Assembly: GCA_965228855.1 (NCBI GenBank)
Contig: CBDDIJ010000002.1
Coordinates: 544,001 to 608,000 of the forward strand
Direction: 5' to 3'
DNA from: Candidatus Obscuribacterales bacterium
GTDB lineage: Bacteria > Cyanobacteriota > Vampirovibrionia > Obscuribacterales > Obscuribacteraceae
Length of the DNA stretch: 64,000 nt
The translations under genes and the position numbers were made by a program. Shown here one piece after another: positions 10,982 through 21,736 of the stretch (positions within the stretch are counted from its first letter, which is position 1; each line of letters begins with the position of its first letter). The notes beneath the pieces are model-generated. The model saw only the letters and a program-made list of their open reading frames with translations, did no database searches and was not told the DNA's origin.

Positions 10982-11314
10982 ATGACGGACAACAACAACA
11001 TCGGGAAGCCGACAAAGGCTCCTCATCTGCGTCTCGTCGTCAACGAGGCTTACGTCGACCCGGTCGAGGAGGAAGCGACAAAGTACGCAACCTATCTCGA
11101 AACCGAGTACGCCAGCCGCGCCAACAAGGTCGGCATGCCGAACTTCACGACCAGCATCGACGTTGTCGACTACCCGCTCGACAACGTGGTCGACCGCGTC
11201 GTTGCCATCATGGACAAGCGCGGCTGGACCGTCGAGCCGGTGGACTTCACCTGCTCTGGCGGTCGCGCCGGGTCGTTCTGGCTCACACCGCGCGACGTCC
11301 ATCGTAAGTTTTGA
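10982..11314 (+). CDS. Hypothetical protein
   Basis: AAGGA RBS, strong GC3 bias; no family recognised. Confidence 0.65.
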   Translation: MTDNNNIGKPTKAPHLRLVVNEAYVDPVEEEATKYATYLETEYASRANKVGMPNFTTSIDVVDYPLDNVVDRVVAIMDKRGWTVEPVDFTCSGGRAGSFWLTPRDVHRKF

Positions 11315-11452
11315 TCGCACTCGCTGCGGGCAGGCTCTTGTCAAACGGAGTCCTGCTCGCAAGCGAGATCGTTCCACCCAATAACCGCACCACATCCGGT
11401 GCATGAGGAACGGAACACATCCGCTTCTCAAACCTGACGAAAAGGACTCTAC

Positions 11453-11944
11453 ATGACTCAGGCTTCTATCCCCCGTCTCGTGATCGGCGCCCACCAGATG
11501 GTCGGACATGCGATCGTGCAATCGCTCTTCCGCCCGGGCTCGGTGACCGAAGTGACCATCCGCCCGCGGGACCGCTCGGACATGGGCGCCTTCATGGCGT
11601 TCAATCCCGGCCAGACTCGCGCACAGACGGCGGACGACATCCGCAACGAGGGCATCATGGCACTCGCCGGTGTGATCGCCGCGCGTGAACTGACGGGAAG
11701 CGTCGACGGCTGCAGCGCCTCGTTCATCAAGGGCAACTGCATCGCCACGCGCTACGTCGACCTCACCGAGCCGCAACTCGAGGGCACGCGACGCCTCACG
11801 CGCATCGCGGAGGTCGTCGAGACCTGGACCACGGCCGGCGTCGAGCTCGTGCGCGCCAACGAGGACAAGATCCGTCGCGTCGCCGGCGTCCTCCTCGAGA
11901 AGGAGACGCTCACCGCCGCCGAGTTCAGCGCGCTGGTCGGCTGA
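11453..11944 (+). CDS. Stand-alone FtsH protease-domain (M41)-like protein with degenerate Zn motif
   Basis: AHQMVGHAIV (cf. AYHEAGHA), TIRPR, LAGVIAAREL, VLLEKETLTAAEF match the FtsH C-terminal domain. Confidence 0.65.
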   Translation: MTQASIPRLVIGAHQMVGHAIVQSLFRPGSVTEVTIRPRDRSDMGAFMAFNPGQTRAQTADDIRNEGIMALAGVIAARELTGSVDGCSASFIKGNCIATRYVDLTEPQLEGTRRLTRIAEVVETWTTAGVELVRANEDKIRRVAGVLLEKETLTAAEFSALVG

Positions 11945-12368
11945 CTGCCGACGAGCTGACTCGCCGCCTCGCCTGATGGCGAGCGGACTGAATGCAGACG
12001 CCAATGGGCAGCCGACAGCTCTGCGGTAGAGAATCCCTGCTCACGAACCCGTTCTCTCAGCGCACGCGGAGCTCGTTTCCGACCAGCCGGTTTGAAACGC
12101 AGCTCCGCGTTGTACTGCGAAAGCGCAAACGGTTTCGTCCCCAAGAAAAACCAAAGTGGTTTGCCTGGGTCGACTTGTGCAGACTGCGCGAAGATCTGCA
12201 CAGGCCGACTTGTTGTCGAGGATGGCGACATCCTTTCAGGCAGGTCGTCAACTGTTTCCTCCGGCGAGTTCACCTTAATTCGTGCAGCGCTGCTGAAATG
12301 TTAGCCGCCAAGCGGTTAGCATATCCGACGGTCGACAGACAACCGGCAGTCGGAAAAGGAACACAGTA

Positions 12369-13808
12369 ATGAAACCACTACTCATCGCTGGACTGGCACT
12401 CATCCTCACACTGTTCGTCTTCGCTCGTCGCGGAGATGCGCGGTCCCAGATGCAGAACCGGTCGGCACCATCGATTGCCGCTCGCGCACGCGGCAACGTC
12501 AAAGTGATCGTCACGAGCGCCGACAAGAAATTCGCGGAGCAAGCGCCCCTTTCATGGAGCACGGCTTCCAGCGAGGGAGACGCGAAGATCGCGGTCGACG
12601 GCAGCAAGAAATACCAGGACATCCTGGGATTCGGCGCGGCTTTCACGGACGCGGCTTGCTTCATGATCAACGAGCTGCCCGCGGAGTCCCGCGCGAAGCT
12701 CATGAAGGACCTGTTCAGCCCCGACAGCCTCGGGCTCAACGTCAATCGTGTCTGCATGGGCTCGAGCGACTACGCCACGCACCTGTACAGCTACGATGAC
12801 GGCGACGAGCCCGACCCGGAGCTGAAGCGCTTCTCCATCGCTCACGACGAGAAGTACATTCTGCCGGTTATAAAACAGGCGCGCGAAATCAACCCGGACA
12901 TCTTCCTGTTCGCCTCGCCGTGGAGCCCTCCCGGCTGGATGAAGGCGAATAAGTCGATGCTCGGCGGCTCAATGCGCCAGTTCTACTTCCCGGCATACGC
13001 GCAGTATTTCGTGAAGTTCCTGAAGGGTTACGAGGCCAACGGCGTGCCCGTTCAAGGCGTGACCATTCAGAACGAAGTCGACACCGACCAGGACGGTCGC
13101 ATGCCTGCCTGCCTCTGGCCGCAAGAGTACGAGGTCGGCTTCATCGCCAACCATCTCGGACCGGCGCTCGAGAAGGAAGGCATGAAGACCAAAATCTGGT
13201 TCATCGACCACAACTACAACCTCTGGGGACGCGCTCAGGCATCGCTTGAGGACGCGAACTTCCGGAAGTATGTCGACGGCATCGCCTGGCACGGTTATGT
13301 CGGCGACGCGTCGAAAATTACTGATGTCCACAACGCCTTCCCGTCGGTCAACATGTACTGGACCGAGGGCGGACCGGACGTCACCAACGCCGACTACGGC
13401 GTCGACTGGGCAAAGTGGGGCAAGACCTTCACCGGCAACCTGCGCAACTGGTGCCGCTCGGTCACCGCCTGGAACTTCGCCCTCGACGAGGAAGGCAAGC
13501 CAAACATCGGTCCCTTCCCCTGCGGCGGCGTCGTCACCATCGACAAAAACACCAAGGAGATTCGCCATAGCGGTCAGTATTACGCGCTCGGGCATTTCTC
13601 GAAGTTCATCAAACGCGGCGCAAAACGCATCGACTCGACGGCTTCGGTCGAAGGGATCGATCACGTTGCATTTGAGAATCCCGATGGACAGCGGGTAGCG
13701 GTTGTCACCAATAGTGGTGCGGCGCGCTCGGTGTCTCTCAAGGACGGGGACAACACGGTCGACATCGCGCTCGAGCCGAACTCCGTCACCACGCTCGTCT
13801 GGGAATAA
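12369..13808 (+). CDS. Glycoside hydrolase family 30 (glucosylceramidase/beta-1,6-glucanase-like), exported
   Basis: GFGAAFTDA, ASPWSPPGWMK, TIQNE, WTEG catalytic Glu motifs; N-terminal signal/TM. Confidence 0.9.
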   Translation: MKPLLIAGLALILTLFVFARRGDARSQMQNRSAPSIAARARGNVKVIVTSADKKFAEQAPLSWSTASSEGDAKIAVDGSKKYQDILGFGAAFTDAACFMINELPAESRAKLMKDLFSPDSLGLNVNRVCMGSSDYATHLYSYDDGDEPDPELKRFSIAHDEKYILPVIKQAREINPDIFLFASPWSPPGWMKANKSMLGGSMRQFYFPAYAQYFVKFLKGYEANGVPVQGVTIQNEVDTDQDGRMPACLWPQEYEVGFIANHLGPALEKEGMKTKIWFIDHNYNLWGRAQASLEDANFRKYVDGIAWHGYVGDASKITDVHNAFPSVNMYWTEGGPDVTNADYGVDWAKWGKTFTGNLRNWCRSVTAWNFALDEEGKPNIGPFPCGGVVTIDKNTKEIRHSGQYYALGHFSKFIKRGAKRIDSTASVEGIDHVAFENPDGQRVAVVTNSGAARSVSLKDGDNTVDIALEPNSVTTLVWE

Positions 13809-13948
13809 GCCCGGAGCGCCCGTAACTACAAACCGCGAGGCTCGCATCTAGCCTGCCGATCGAACAGCGCAAAAGGTTTCTTGCTTGAAACCGATTGCGC
13901 TGTTTCAGTTCGTCGACAGGCTCATGGAGCCTCGCAGAGGTTTGCGTC

Positions 13949-15718
13949 ATGAAAACTCTATCTAACGCACTTCCATGGAAGCGCCTGGTTAAGGTCGGCA
14001 AACCGTTCTGGGTCTCAGAATCCAAATGGACGGGTTTCCTTCACCTCGGCCTCGTGCTCGGCTTACTCGCTGCCAACGCGGGCGTTGCTTACTTCATCAA
14101 CCGGAACGCCGGTGCCTGGATGGAGTCGATCCAGCTCAAGAAGGTCGACGACTTCTGGTATTACACGGCGGTCTACGGTGGTCTCATCCTGCTGGCCACG
14201 CCCGTGCAGGTCTTCTACGGCTACTTCCGCACGCGCCTTGCGCTCGTGTGGCGCCGCTGGCTCTCCACGAGCTTCTTCGCCGGGTACTTCTCGAATCAGG
14301 CGTACCTGAAGATGACGCGCGACAAGGAGCTGGACAACCCCGACCAGCGCATGGCGCAGGACGTCGACTCGTTCTGCAACTCGTCGGTCGGTCTGTTCAT
14401 CTCCATCATCGACGCCGTCGTCAATGTCACCATGTTCGCAGGTCTGCTCTGGTACCTCTCCGGAACGCTGACCTGGACCGTGATCGGCTATTCGGCGATG
14501 GGTTCGCTCATCGTCATCCTCATCGGTCGAGCTCTCGTCAAGCTCACCTTCAACCAGATGAAAACCGAAGCCGACCTGCGTTTCGGCCTGGCCGAAGTTC
14601 GCCGCGAGGCGGAAACCGTCGCGCTCTACCGCGGCGAGGCGCTGGCGATGGCACAGGCGAAAACCCGTCTGGGCCGGGTGATCGACACGCTCATGTCGAT
14701 CATGAACGTGAACCGAAACATCCAGCTCTTCACCAACGCCTACAACATGTTCGTGCCGGTCATCCCCGCTCTGATCATGGCGCCCCTGTATTTCAAGGGC
14801 ACGGCCAAGTTCGGCGACATCACCCAGGCGACCATGGCCTTCCAGGCTGTGTTCAACGGCGCGACCATCCTGATCGGTCAGTTCGGCGGCATCACCGCCT
14901 TCACCGCCACCATCAACCGCCTCGGTTCCTTCCTGGAAGGTCTCGAAGCGGCTGGCGTGGAGCGGGTTCCGGCCGGCAAGCGTATCAATGTGACCGAGGG
15001 CGATGAAGTCACCTTCGATAAGGTCACTGTCACCACCCCCGATACCGGCCGCGATCTGATTGTCGGTCTGACCGTCGGCGTGGGCAAAGGTAAGAGCATG
15101 CTCGTCACCGGACCTGACGGCTCCGGCAAGTCGTCCCTGCTCCGGGTGCTCACGGGAATCTGGACCACGGGTTCGGGCAACTTGCAGCGACCGACGAATG
15201 GCGAGGTCATGTTCCTCGACAAGTCGCCGTACCTTCCGCCGATGACGCTCCGCGAAGCGCTCTGCTTCCCGACCACGCTCAACTCGGCGAACGATGACGA
15301 CCGCCTGCAGCAGGTGCTCAACCTGGTCGACCTCGGCGACCTGCCGAAGAAGAGCGATGGTTTCGACACCGAGCAGACCTGGCGCGAGACGCTGTCTCCC
15401 AGCCAGCAGCAGCGCCTGGCTCTGGCGCGCATCATCAACCTGAAGCCCAAGTACGTCGTCATCGACGAGGCTTCGGCGTCCCTGGAAGCGGAGAACGAGA
15501 AGCTGCTCTATCAGCTCCTCACCACGATCGGAGCGACCTTCGTCAGCGCCGGCAACGGTAACATGCTGGCCAAGTACCACACTCAGGTCCTCGAGCTCGC
15601 CGGCGACGGCAGCTGGAAGGTGTATCCGGCATCGGACTATCAGCCCAAGACCTGGCGCTCGTTCCAGAACTTCGTGCCGGACTTCCTGCTCGGCGACAAG
15701 AAGGACAAGCGCAGCTAA
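13949..15718 (+). CDS. ABC transporter fused permease/ATPase, ABCD/YddA-type
   Basis: DNPDQRMAQDV, EADLR..EAE.VALY (EAA motif), Walker A GPDGSGKS, Walker B VVIDEAS. Confidence 0.88.
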   Translation: MKTLSNALPWKRLVKVGKPFWVSESKWTGFLHLGLVLGLLAANAGVAYFINRNAGAWMESIQLKKVDDFWYYTAVYGGLILLATPVQVFYGYFRTRLALVWRRWLSTSFFAGYFSNQAYLKMTRDKELDNPDQRMAQDVDSFCNSSVGLFISIIDAVVNVTMFAGLLWYLSGTLTWTVIGYSAMGSLIVILIGRALVKLTFNQMKTEADLRFGLAEVRREAETVALYRGEALAMAQAKTRLGRVIDTLMSIMNVNRNIQLFTNAYNMFVPVIPALIMAPLYFKGTAKFGDITQATMAFQAVFNGATILIGQFGGITAFTATINRLGSFLEGLEAAGVERVPAGKRINVTEGDEVTFDKVTVTTPDTGRDLIVGLTVGVGKGKSMLVTGPDGSGKSSLLRVLTGIWTTGSGNLQRPTNGEVMFLDKSPYLPPMTLREALCFPTTLNSANDDDRLQQVLNLVDLGDLPKKSDGFDTEQTWRETLSPSQQQRLALARIINLKPKYVVIDEASASLEAENEKLLYQLLTTIGATFVSAGNGNMLAKYHTQVLELAGDGSWKVYPASDYQPKTWRSFQNFVPDFLLGDKKDKRS

Positions 15719-15929
15719 TACCACCTGTGGTGCCAGCGCGAGAAACACTTGCGGTTTCACTGGTATCATTAATGGTGCTAGCCACCAAGAAGGGCGATGG
15801 ACGCACACACGCCCACCGTCAAACGCGGTGAAGGACCGGCTTCCGCTTTTCGGTTCTTCACCGCGCCACTTCGCCCGTACTCAAAGCGGAAACAACTTCG
15901 TGCAAAGAAAAAAACGAAAGGGAATTTCA

Positions 15930-16364
15930 ATGACCCCGGAAAAGTCTGTCCAGAGCGCTGGGCAACTGAGATTCATGCTGGAGCGCATGAAGGCGATTCA
16001 GGCTCGCTTCGAGTCGCTGCCCGCTCCGAAGGATTCCGCATCGTTCAGCCGCCGGCACGCGCTCGGCAAGCTGCTTCGCACCACGGACCACCTGACCAAG
16101 GCGCTGACCATCAACTTCGGTCACAGCCCCGAAGGTCTCGCCGTGCTGTCGGCCACCACCGTCGGTGGCAAAGGTCTCGACAGCGAGCAGGTCGAATTCA
16201 TCCGCGACCAGTGCGCGGACGAACTCGCGTATAAGCACGCGTTCAGCGACAATCTCACCGACGCCATCATCATCGAGGCAAGCGGCATCGAGATTCAGGA
16301 GATGCTGACGTTCCTCCAGCCCCTGGTGGATCGCTGCGCCTCCCTGCTCACCGCGGAGTGCTGA
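15930..16364 (+). CDS. Hypothetical protein
   Basis: AAAGGG RBS, GC3 bias; no family recognised. Confidence 0.6.
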   Translation: MTPEKSVQSAGQLRFMLERMKAIQARFESLPAPKDSASFSRRHALGKLLRTTDHLTKALTINFGHSPEGLAVLSATTVGGKGLDSEQVEFIRDQCADELAYKHAFSDNLTDAIIIEASGIEIQEMLTFLQPLVDRCASLLTAEC

Positions 16365-16730
16365 CCTCGCGCCTCCCAGCGTGACGGACGCACTTGACCA
16401 GGGCGAGTCCCAATCACCACCTGCGGTGCAGCACGCATCACAGGCGGAGAGAACGGACTCGCCCACGCAGCTGGAAGACGCCGGCGCCCTGCGCGTCGGC
16501 GCCTTTCTGCGCCCTGAAAATGTTGGACGTCACAGCATCATTTTTTGTTCGAAATTCGAACGATGCTGCAGAGAAACCGACAAGGGAGCTCACAGGAAAC
16601 CCCCGAGCGGGTTGAAACCGCTCCGCTCAGATTGCCCACGGGCAAGTCTTCGAGCCGTGAAACCGCAGCCGCGTGAAGCGCAAACGGTTTTCCCGGACAT
16701 CCTCAGAAACTCCCCAAACAGGAACATCAA

Positions 16731-18590
16731 ATGAAAGAATCATCGACCTCTTCGCTCCTCAATCTCCGCCACGCTCGCCTCGCCGCCTGGGTGACGAGCA
16801 TGGACGCGCTTCTCCAGCCCGACCGCATCATCGTGTGCGACGGTTCGCAGGACGAGTTCGACCGCCTCACGGCGGAGATGGTGGCGAGTGGTACCCTGAC
16901 TCGACTCAACGCCGAGCTGCGCCCGAACAGCTTCCTGGCTCGTTCGGACGTGTCCGATGTGGCGCGCGTCGAAGAGCGCACCTTCATCTGCTCGAAGGAC
17001 AAGGACGACGCCGGTCCGACCAACAACTGGATGGACCCTGCCGAGGCGAAAGCCACCCTGTCCGCCCTGTTCGACGGCGCCATGCGCGGACGCACGATGT
17101 ACGTGATTCCGTTCAGCATGGGCCCGCTCGGCTCCGATATCTCGCATATCGGCGTCGAGATCACCGACTCGCCTTACGTGGTCGCCAGCATGCGCATGAT
17201 GACGCGCATGGGCTCCGCGGTTCTCGACGAGCTCGGCGACGACGGCGAGTTCATCCCCTGCCTGCATTCGGTCGGCGCGCCGCTGTCCGAAGGTCAGGCC
17301 GACGTGAGCTGGCCGTGCAACAAGACCAAGTACATCTGCCACTTCCCGGAGAGCCGCGAAATCTGGTCTTTCGGCTCGGGCTACGGCGGCAACGCCCTGC
17401 TCGGCAAGAAGTGCTTCGCGCTGCGCATCGCCTCCAGCATGGCTCGCGAAGAAGGCTGGCTCGCCGAGCACATGCTCATCCTCGGGCTCGAATCGCCCGA
17501 AGGCGAGAAGAAGTACATCGCCTGCGCGTTCCCGAGCGCCTGCGGCAAGACGAACCTCGCCATGCTCGTGCCGCCCGCCGGCTTCGACGGCTGGAAGGTG
17601 ACGACGGTGGGCGATGACATCGCCTGGATCAAACCGGACGCGACGGGAACGCTGCGCGCCATCAACCCGGAAGCCGGCTACTTCGGCGTCGCTCCCGGTA
17701 CGTCGCCGAAGACCAACCCGAATGCGATCGCCTCTCTCGGTCGCGACTGCATCTTCACGAACGTCGCGCTTACCCCGGACGGCGACGTCTGGTGGGAGGG
17801 TCTGACCGACGAAGCGCCCGCTTCCCTGATCGACTGGGAAGGCCGCGAATGGACGCCGGGTTGCGGTCGCAAGGCTGCCCACCCGAACGCCCGCTTCACC
17901 GTCGCCGCCACCAACTGCCCGTCGCTCGACAGCGAATGGGACAACCCGGAAGGCGTGCCGATTTCGGCATTCGTCTTCGGCGGACGGCGCGAGAGCACGG
18001 TACCGCTGGTGGTGCAGTCGCACAACTGGCTCTACGGTGTCTACATGGGCGCGACCCTCGGCTCCGAAACCACGGCGGCTGCTGCCGGCGCGGTCGGACA
18101 GGTGCGCCGCGACCCGATGGCGATGCTGCCCTTCTGCGGCTACAACATCGGCGACTACTTCGCGCACTGGCTCGAAATCGGTCGCAAGATCGAGGGCGTC
18201 AACGACGAGAACTGGCTCTGGGGCAGCGACGACGCCAAGCTCCCGCCGGTGTTCTGCGTCAACTGGTTCCGCAAGGACGAGAACGGCAAGTTCATCTGGC
18301 CGGGCTTCGGCGACAACATGCGCGTGCTGAAGTGGATCTTCGAGCGCACCAATGGCGGTGGCGGCGCGGAGACCACGGTGCTGGGCTGGAAGCCTCGCCA
18401 CGAGGACCTGGACTGGACCGGTCTCGACTTCTCGCCGGCGGCATACGCTGCGGCAAGCAAGATCGACCCCGCCGAATGGACCGCCGAGATCGCTCTCCAG
18501 AAGGAACTCTTCGCGAAGGTCGGCGGACGCCTGCCGGGCTGCCTCAACGCCCTGATCGGCGGAATCGAAACCGAGTTCAAGAAGCTCTAA
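16731..18590 (+). CDS. pckG: Phosphoenolpyruvate carboxykinase (GTP)
   Basis: [57 protein letters not shown]. Confidence 0.97.
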   Translation: MKESSTSSLLNLRHARLAAWVTSMDALLQPDRIIVCDGSQDEFDRLTAEMVASGTLTRLNAELRPNSFLARSDVSDVARVEERTFICSKDKDDAGPTNNWMDPAEAKATLSALFDGAMRGRTMYVIPFSMGPLGSDISHIGVEITDSPYVVASMRMMTRMGSAVLDELGDDGEFIPCLHSVGAPLSEGQADVSWPCNKTKYICHFPESREIWSFGSGYGGNALLGKKCFALRIASSMAREEGWLAEHMLILGLESPEGEKKYIACAFPSACGKTNLAMLVPPAGFDGWKVTTVGDDIAWIKPDATGTLRAINPEAGYFGVAPGTSPKTNPNAIASLGRDCIFTNVALTPDGDVWWEGLTDEAPASLIDWEGREWTPGCGRKAAHPNARFTVAATNCPSLDSEWDNPEGVPISAFVFGGRRESTVPLVVQSHNWLYGVYMGATLGSETTAAAAGAVGQVRRDPMAMLPFCGYNIGDYFAHWLEIGRKIEGVNDENWLWGSDDAKLPPVFCVNWFRKDENGKFIWPGFGDNMRVLKWIFERTNGGGGAETTVLGWKPRHEDLDWTGLDFSPAAYAAASKIDPAEWTAEIALQKELFAKVGGRLPGCLNALIGGIETEFKKL

Positions 18591-18639
18591 TCGGGCTCAC
18601 TGAAGCTCGTTTCTAAAACAAATAAGCACTCGTAACCTC

Positions 18640-18680
18640 GAAGGGAACCAAGATTTTGTCTTGGTTCCCTTCTCTTTTTT
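18640..18680 (+). terminator. Rho-independent terminator
   Basis: gaagggaaccaaga/tcttggttcccttc stem followed by T-tract. Confidence 0.8.
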
Positions 18681-18689
18681 AAAAACCCT

Positions 18690-19091
18690 CTACTATATGA
18701 TCCCGTTTCTCTCAAAGCTCAAAGAGTCGACAGTGCGTACGTTTCGAGCATTCGAACAGTTTCTGCCTTAGCCCGAAGAGCCATTTGGCTATCCCACGAT
18801 GCCGGATTTCGCCAAAAGCGTCATTCCAGGATAGACACGAAGGGCGTCAACTCGCCTACTATATACTTTCGTTTCCCTTAAAGACCCAAAGCGCTGACTA
18901 TTCGCCGCTTTTGAGCCTTCGGGCAATTTCGAGACTAACCAGAAACAGTCATCTGTCTATCCCACGATGCCGGTTTTCGCCAAAAGCGTCATTCCAGGAT
19001 AGACAAAAGACCCCTAGCGTCTTAGCCTTATCCCCGAACCTCAATGCGCAAGGTACTTCGCAGCAATGCGATGCGCTACATGGCATAGTAG
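18690..19091. repeat. Two adjacent copies of a dispersed intergenic element
   Basis: ctactata at 18690 and 18856, each about 100 nt before ctatcccacgatgccgg.tttcgccaaaagcgtcattccaggatagac; third copy at 21461-21695. Confidence 0.85.
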
Positions 19092-19098
19092 TAATTTT

Positions 19099-20037
19099 TT
19101 AGTGCAACTTTCCAAGCAACAGGGAGTATCCGAACTCGACAAAGGCAGTCGGGGAGTTGCTCGTGAGCCCGAAGCCGAACCGGGCACTTAGTTGCTGGTT
19201 GCGGCGAAAGCGATAGAGACCACCAGCATCTATGATCTGGTTTGACCTGGTAGACCTCTGAAAGTTTCCCACATATTCGATGAAGCAGTCGCCTTTCGGG
19301 CCCAGTTTTCGAATCAAATCACAGGTCGGCTGGTAAACGACATTTTTGTCTACCGATGGTACTTCGCCCTGATTCTGAGACTCTTCGGCTTCAGTTTTGA
19401 TAAAAACCGCATGCGCAGATCGGACGGTCCAGTTTTCTGAAAATTGTCGACCTGTAACAATCTGCACGAACGGGTCCACGGCGTTGCTCGTAAGACCATT
19501 GCTTCCTGTTGGCACAGTGAAACCTGGTATCACTGCCAGGTCGATTCTCTTGGGAAGCGGTCCCAATCTAATTTTTGCTCCAACGCTCATGTCCGCAACG
19601 CCCGACACCGCCGGATGCACGCCCTGGACAAGCAGGTAGTTAGGAACTGCAAATCGCAACTCCGCGCGGGGAAGCAAGCCGAGTCGCACATCAGTTTGCG
19701 GAATATTGAAGCTTCGCCCCCTCGATTCCTTGGTTAGCGCCAAGCCGTTTTCCGCTTGAATGTAGTTGGGTGGAACAGTAAACGGCGATGGCGTCACAGA
19801 CGGGCGATCAGTGTCTATCTCCGGACCCGGTGAACTCGTGGATGTCTGTGCACTCACACTCAACGCTGAAAACAACAGCAAACACAGTGACGCAGAAGAC
19901 GCTCGTTTAAAAATGGCACGCCACCAAGGGAAAGTCTCAAGACAGGAACATCTTAGTACCTGGCTCGAAAAAAATGCTGTTCCTGAACAACAAAATGTGA
20001 CTGTTTGAACGCAAACCGAAATCGGCTTTGGATTCAA
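19099..20037 (-). CDS. Outer-membrane beta-barrel, MetA-pathway phenol degradation family-like (start uncertain)
   Basis: Signal-like segment, IDTDRP..SP.TVP...Q.E.G motif, RLGL..R.ELR, D.S.G.K, C-terminal FGYS. Confidence 0.7.
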   Translation of the reverse strand: MNPKPISVCVQTVTFCCSGTAFFSSQVLRCSCLETFPWWRAIFKRASSASLCLLLFSALSVSAQTSTSSPGPEIDTDRPSVTPSPFTVPPNYIQAENGLALTKESRGRSFNIPQTDVRLGLLPRAELRFAVPNYLLVQGVHPAVSGVADMSVGAKIRLGPLPKRIDLAVIPGFTVPTGSNGLTSNAVDPFVQIVTGRQFSENWTVRSAHAVFIKTEAEESQNQGEVPSVDKNVVYQPTCDLIRKLGPKGDCFIEYVGNFQRSTRSNQIIDAGGLYRFRRNQQLSARFGFGLTSNSPTAFVEFGYSLLLGKLH

Positions 20038-20385
20038 AACATCTGGAACTCACTCCTCTCCACTCTTTGAAAGAATTAGCGCTAGCAACACCAATTGGAT
20101 CTTACATAGATAGGTGCTCCAGCAAAGGGTTTTATTTGCGGAAACGAATTCAGCACGCGTACGGTGAAGACATCATCACTCAACAACCGAATCTCTGGAA
20201 TATCTCTCCCGCAGCCGCTTCTGTCTAGCCCACAACTTCTCCTCGACGCAGTTTCACTGTGACGGTGAGATCGGCAATGCACAGAATCGGCAGCAAACGC
20301 GTTCGAGAGCAGTCCCCGAAGATTCACGCCTCGTCCCAGTTTTGCCACTCGGTGGCAGGACATATTTTTCACACTGGAGGTTGCT

Positions 20386-21405
20386 ATGGCAACAACTTAC
20401 AGCGCCTCGTCTGCGGGGCGTGCACTGTATCGCGCCGCGTGGGAAGTTGTCGGTCAAAAGTTCTTCGACACCGAGAAGCTCGCTGATTGGTCGTCCTGGG
20501 AACACCGGTTCGACGAGCTCATCGATGGGGAGGAGACCGCGCTGCGTTTCATCGAGCAGATGCTGGCGTCGCTGGGGGACAGCTACACCAGGCTCGTCGG
20601 TTTCACCCTGAACAACGACACAGACGCGCAGCCCTCTTCCCCTGCCAGCCAAGACACGCAGCCGGCCTCTGCCGAAACTGACGCGTCCAAATCGACCAAC
20701 GATGTTCTGGTCAGGAAACTGTCCGGCAACATCGGCTACATCCGGATCTTCTCGTTCGAAAACCCGAGCATCGTTGAGCAAGTCACCCAGGGCGTGGAGG
20801 CTGTTCGCTCTTGCGACGCCTTCATCATCGACTTGCGCGACAACGGCGGCGGCAACGTCGACTGGGCATGCAGCTGCGCGGAATTCTTCGTCGCGAAGGG
20901 ACCGGTCGGCAGCATCGTGCGCAGGCTTCCGGACGGGAGAATGTGGCATCGCGATGTCGCTCTGTTCGACGAAGGAATGCTCTTCATCACGAAGGTGACC
21001 GGCGAGGAAGAGCGCATGGAAGGTTTCAGGCGTCGCGATCCCATCACCGTCGGCAAACCTGTCGTCGTGCTCATCAACGAGCATACCGGCAGCTCGGCGG
21101 AGATGATGGCTGCGGCGATCATTGAGAGCGACAAGGCAAGCGGTTTGGTGACAAGCATGGGCGCTCCGAGCTTCGGCAAGGGCATCGCTCAAGCCACCGT
21201 TTCGGTGCTGGACAAGGTCTCCATCCAGATCACCTGCGCTCGCTTCATGTCTCCGACCGATGTCTGGTTCGGCGACGCGCAGCAGACGGTTCGCAACCCT
21301 GTCGTGCCGGACGTTCTCGTGCCGGAAACCGCGGACGACGGTCCGAACGCGCAACTCTCAGCCGCCTTCAACTGGCTGAAGACCCGCATCCAGACCGCCG
21401 CCTGA
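20386..21405 (+). CDS. S41 family (CtpA/Prc-like) peptidase without PDZ domain
   Basis: LGDSYT, IGYIRI, IIDLRDNGGG, TGSSAE, SFGKG, VVPDV; GGAGG RBS. Confidence 0.85.
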   Translation: MATTYSASSAGRALYRAAWEVVGQKFFDTEKLADWSSWEHRFDELIDGEETALRFIEQMLASLGDSYTRLVGFTLNNDTDAQPSSPASQDTQPASAETDASKSTNDVLVRKLSGNIGYIRIFSFENPSIVEQVTQGVEAVRSCDAFIIDLRDNGGGNVDWACSCAEFFVAKGPVGSIVRRLPDGRMWHRDVALFDEGMLFITKVTGEEERMEGFRRRDPITVGKPVVVLINEHTGSSAEMMAAAIIESDKASGLVTSMGAPSFGKGIAQATVSVLDKVSIQITCARFMSPTDVWFGDAQQTVRNPVVPDVLVPETADDGPNAQLSAAFNWLKTRIQTAA

Positions 21406-21460
21406 ACCGAGACAGGGGATGAACACAACCGTTCTTCCCCTGTCTTCTTCCAAATCATGT

Positions 21461-21695
21461 CTACTATATGCCACCGTCTGTCACCAAGTCCCCGAGCGTC
21501 CATGCGCAGTGAATCTCGGGCATCGCGCAGTTTAGGCTTTCTACGAAAAACGCCTTTTGGCTATCCCACGATGCCGGATTTCGCCAAAAGCGTCATTCCA
21601 GGATAGACACGAGACCGTCCGCGCCTTGCCTCAATCCCCAAACCTCAATACGCGAGAGACTTTATAGCGATCATAGCTTTTATACGCTATAGTAG
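21461..21695. repeat. Third copy of dispersed element, 235 bp, bounded by CTACTATA...TATAGTAG
   Basis: Same about 50-bp core at 21561; 8-bp terminal inverted repeats. Confidence 0.8.
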
Positions 21696-21736
21696 CCTTC
21701 CGGCAACCACTCTTCCGGCAATCGCTCTTCCGGCAA

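Noticed and set aside
16570..16700. Riboswitch in the pckG leader
   Set aside because: Several small hairpins, but no match to a riboswitch consensus I can recognise; needs an Rfam scan.
6736..18616. Long antisense and alternate-frame ORFs (e.g. 9227-10894, 14063-15808, 16740-18401)
   Set aside because: Shadows of high-GC3 genes on the opposite strand or frame; no motifs.
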